A stretch of DNA of 64,000 nt from Elusimicrobiota bacterium (lineage in GTDB: Bacteria; Elusimicrobiota; Elusimicrobia; F11): positions 64,001-128,000 of the forward strand of contig JBGAON010000001.1 of assembly GCA_044221725.1 (NCBI GenBank), in the 5' to 3' direction. The notes below the pieces were generated by a model that had not been told where the DNA came from, ran no database searches, and was given only the letters and a program-made list of their open reading frames with translations. Each line of letters starts with the position of its first letter. Positions within the stretch are counted from its first letter, which is position 1. The translations under genes were made by a program, and so were the position numbers. Below are positions 61,262 to 64,000 of the stretch, piece by piece.

Positions 61262-63370
61262 TTACACCTCGCTTATGAATGTGCACCGGCAATTGGGATG
61301 AATCGGCAGAAGCGTCCTTGCCTCATCCATCGCCAGCGTCTTGCCCAGTTTCTCACCGGGGATTGATTCCGACACCGCCCGGCATTCCGGGCAAGCGTCT
61401 GGCGACAAAAGAAAAACGACCTTCTCAATGCCCGCTTGATTGAGCGCGTCCAGATTGCCTTCGTTGTAGGCGCGGTTGGCCTCGGTTCGGGCGATTAGCT
61501 CCGCCGCCGATGACCGCGATACGCTTCGCGTATGCCCGGTCCGGATAACATTGCCTTGGGCGTCAATGACGGGTCGGACATTCACGGTGGCGAACGCATC
61601 CAACTGTGCCTCGACCCGCGATTGAAGCTGTTGAACGGACTCGTTGGCCGCGATCCCTTCGATGAGCGCTTGACGGAGAGATGCCTTGATCGATTCCGCT
61701 ACATGCCCCGCCAATGTAGAAGCGTTGTTTCGTAAAAGCTCTTCCACCTCGGAGCTAATGTCATCAATGTCTTTGAGCTTGTTCCGTTGCGCCGCCAATT
61801 TCAGCGCTTTCACAGCCGCTTCAAGCGAATGCTTCTCAATAACTCGGGCGAGCCCTTCTTCATCAATCAGCTCCAAGATAACTTCGAGGTCGTCCAACCG
61901 TTTCAGCGCCTCGGGAAATTTAAACTGGTGGAGAGTGATGTCGTGATAGCGAATCACGACCGGCTCGAACGGGAGACTGCCTTTCTCAACTTTGGGTACG
62001 ATCCGTTCCCGAACAATGGTTGGAATTCGTCGTGAGACGGCGTTCTTGATCTGGCGGAACACGTTCTCAAGAGAACGCACGAACCGGTTTTCGATGTCGA
62101 CCACCGCTCGCGTCGCCTGAACAATTGTCTGCGCTGGTGTCAGCGTGCCCTTTTGAATCTCACCCTCGCCCCGAAGAGCCTTTTCCATCTCCGGCATACG
62201 GGGGGCTACAATGCGCCGAACTTCCTCCGGCGAGAACACGCCGCCTTGAAGATAGATGTTGAAGATCTCGGCCTGGTCTTTGTCATCGATGGATCGCTTG
62301 TTGAATTGGAACGCCCAGTCCTGAATCCCGAAGCCCTGTCGGATAATATGCTTGGTGATCTTCTCGGCCAACCGCATTTGAAAAGGAAGAATAGTCTCCT
62401 CATAGAAGGTCTGTGTTTGGTGCTCACCCGTTCCGGCCCCAATGTTTCCCGTCTCGATGATCGACACCTTGCTGGGCGGCACGCCGTAGACCGCGAGGAT
62501 TTCATTTCGCGTGAACTCTCGCAGCGCCAAAAACTCCATGTCCTTTTGGTTGACGCCGATCTGCTTGTATTCGATCTCGCCTTCCAACACCAAATCGGAA
62601 TGGGCGGAGTCCGGGTTCTTGGCGCGAGCCTGCAAATACTCACGGTTCCGCTCCACTTGTTCCGCGGTCGAGTTTTTCATGATGAACGCGCCGCGAATCT
62701 TTCCGCCATTGATAAAGAATGCGCGGTTGTAGATCTGGGCAAATTTGTCCACGGTGACGGGAAGAATGAGGGAGGCGAGAGGCGACAAGCCGTAAAGGGT
62801 CGCGCCCTTGGTGCCAAGCTTAAAGTGAATCACCTCATCCGGCCCGAAATCCACGCGGCCACTTTTCGCGGCCAGGGAATATTTCGGCATCTGGACATAT
62901 CCTTGAATGGCCCCGTGCTCATCGGCCTTGACCCGAACCGTTGTGACGTCCAGATTCCACAGCTCCTTCGGTTTACCGTCCGCGCCCCGAACCACCTCAA
63001 GGAAGGCGTTCCCGAAAACATATTCATCCCGCGTGATGTCATCAAGGATTTCCAGGAGCGTATCGTTGGGGTTGCAGTTGGAGAAAAACTCCGAAAGGAG
63101 TTCGGCGTCTTTGGGGTCGGCGTTTGGCTTGGTCGGGACGAGCGAATAGCCGCGCGCCGTGACCGCCTTGCAGATGACGCCCACCACGGCCCGTACCCAG
63201 GAGGTCTGCTCGTACATCTGGTTGTAGATTTCGAGATCGATCTCCGGCAGAATCCCTTCCGAGGAACTGAGTCCCAAAACATGGGACACCACCTGCCTTG
63301 AGGATTTTTGAATCTCCTCTTTGATCACGTCAGGAAAGAAAAACTTAACGAATCGCTCTTTGATCTTCAT
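61262..63370 (-). CDS. Portal protein fused to a Mu gpF/SPP1 gp7 minor head domain
   Basis: FGNAF, EVIHFK...YGLSPL and ILAVYGVPP portal motifs; C-terminal IARTEANRAYN...CPEC...PIHPNCRC. ATG 63370 overlaps the terL stop. Confidence 0.92.
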   Translation of the reverse strand: MKIKERFVKFFFPDVIKEEIQKSSRQVVSHVLGLSSSEGILPEIDLEIYNQMYEQTSWVRAVVGVICKAVTARGYSLVPTKPNADPKDAELLSEFFSNCNPNDTLLEILDDITRDEYVFGNAFLEVVRGADGKPKELWNLDVTTVRVKADEHGAIQGYVQMPKYSLAAKSGRVDFGPDEVIHFKLGTKGATLYGLSPLASLILPVTVDKFAQIYNRAFFINGGKIRGAFIMKNSTAEQVERNREYLQARAKNPDSAHSDLVLEGEIEYKQIGVNQKDMEFLALREFTRNEILAVYGVPPSKVSIIETGNIGAGTGEHQTQTFYEETILPFQMRLAEKITKHIIRQGFGIQDWAFQFNKRSIDDKDQAEIFNIYLQGGVFSPEEVRRIVAPRMPEMEKALRGEGEIQKGTLTPAQTIVQATRAVVDIENRFVRSLENVFRQIKNAVSRRIPTIVRERIVPKVEKGSLPFEPVVIRYHDITLHQFKFPEALKRLDDLEVILELIDEEGLARVIEKHSLEAAVKALKLAAQRNKLKDIDDISSEVEELLRNNASTLAGHVAESIKASLRQALIEGIAANESVQQLQSRVEAQLDAFATVNVRPVIDAQGNVIRTGHTRSVSRSSAAELIARTEANRAYNEGNLDALNQAGIEKVVFLLSPDACPECRAVSESIPGEKLGKTLAMDEARTLLPIHPNCRCTFISEV

Positions 63371-64000
63371 GCCAGGTCCTCCACGAAATTGATGCACGGC
63401 TCAATCTTCTTTTCTTGAAACGGGCGCAGAGCCAAATACAGCGCGTCCAAGAGATCGTCTTTGCCGGTTGGAAAATGAATCAGTTGCTCTTCAAGATTTT
63501 CGAGGCGCTCGGGCATCCGTAAGGTCCCGTTTTCAAAATAAGGCGTGAGGCCCCGGATCCGTTCGTGCTTGTCACCTTTGGTGTGGTGGGGCTCGATGGG
63601 GATATTTTTTGTTTCCGGGTCCGATCGAAGGGATTGAACGAGAGAATTCTGATATCCGTTTGTCTCGATGATGACGCGGGTCGGTTTATGAACATGATAG
63701 ATCCGCTCAATCGCTTTCTTCTGTTCCAGAAAACTCAATTGGTCGTGATAGGCGTCCAGCACATAAACATCCCGCGCCTTGCTCACGCCCACCACGCAGA
63801 TTGCGAACCGCGACCCTTCCTCTCTTTTCGTGATGGCCGGATCCACGCCCGCATAAACCGTCAGATCATCAGGCAGCTGCTTGTATCTCGCGGACTCAAT
63901 CCACGCGAGTTTGAAATCCGCCTTTTCGCCGCCCGCCGGATCATTTCGATACAAGCAGTTGTAAGCCAATGTCCCCATTTGAGCCCGGATCAGATTCAGC
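63367..64000 (-). CDS. terL: Terminase large subunit, C-terminal nuclease part (5' end outside the window)
   Basis: GVDPA, IETNGYQ, KHERI and FPTGKDDLLDA RNase H-like motifs; upstream of the portal. Confidence 0.9.
   Translation of the reverse strand, partial: LNLIRAQMGTLAYNCLYRNDPAGGEKADFKLAWIESARYKQLPDDLTVYAGVDPAITKREEGSRFAICVVGVSKARDVYVLDAYHDQLSFLEQKKAIERIYHVHKPTRVIIETNGYQNSLVQSLRSDPETKNIPIEPHHTKGDKHERIRGLTPYFENGTLRMPERLENLEEQLIHFPTGKDDLLDALYLALRPFQEKKIEPCINFVEDLA

Larger units (their letters stand above)
34545..64000. mobile_element. Prophage, siphovirus-like, continuing beyond the window
   Basis: terL-portal-protease-capsid-connectors-tail tube-tape measure-lysis order on the minus strand, no sheath gene recognised, recombinase at the end. 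Left boundary uncertain. Confidence 0.92.

Overview
The window has three blocks. (1) About 1-11.7 kb is host chromosome: sdhC 3' end, sdhA, sdhB, PBP1A, a cell-surface modification trio and an AsmA-like gene. The gene style suggests an Elusimicrobiota-like diderm, which is inference only. (2) About 11.8-34.3 kb is an accessory block: decayed mobile-element genes, a stand-alone class III cyclase next to a GAF-PAS protein, a minor type IV pilin operon, a TonB receptor/PepSY pair behind a Cys-rich leader ORF, and a complete kdp locus whose KdpD is split into two genes, one fused to a PTS EIIA domain. (3) About 34.5-64 kb is the end of a siphovirus-like prophage: tyrosine recombinase, IetAS-type AAA/S8 defence pair, then lysis, tail and head genes, cut off inside terL. 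The strongest leads are four. First, a 26-nt covarying hairpin-plus-terminator RNA element that occurs twice, 45 kb apart, once directly behind a small DUF2292-like gene in the phage head operon. Second, a tandem two-domain Dam-like methylase in the head module whose domains are bounded by the same hydrophobic-x-Lys motifs seen at domain edges of portal, protease and capsid, suggesting protease-processed virion cargo. Third, the KdpD-EIIA fusion. Fourth, a CruR/CutF-like leader ORF whose 3' end can sequester the TonB receptor Shine-Dalgarno. All family calls come from motif recognition by eye; no searches were run.
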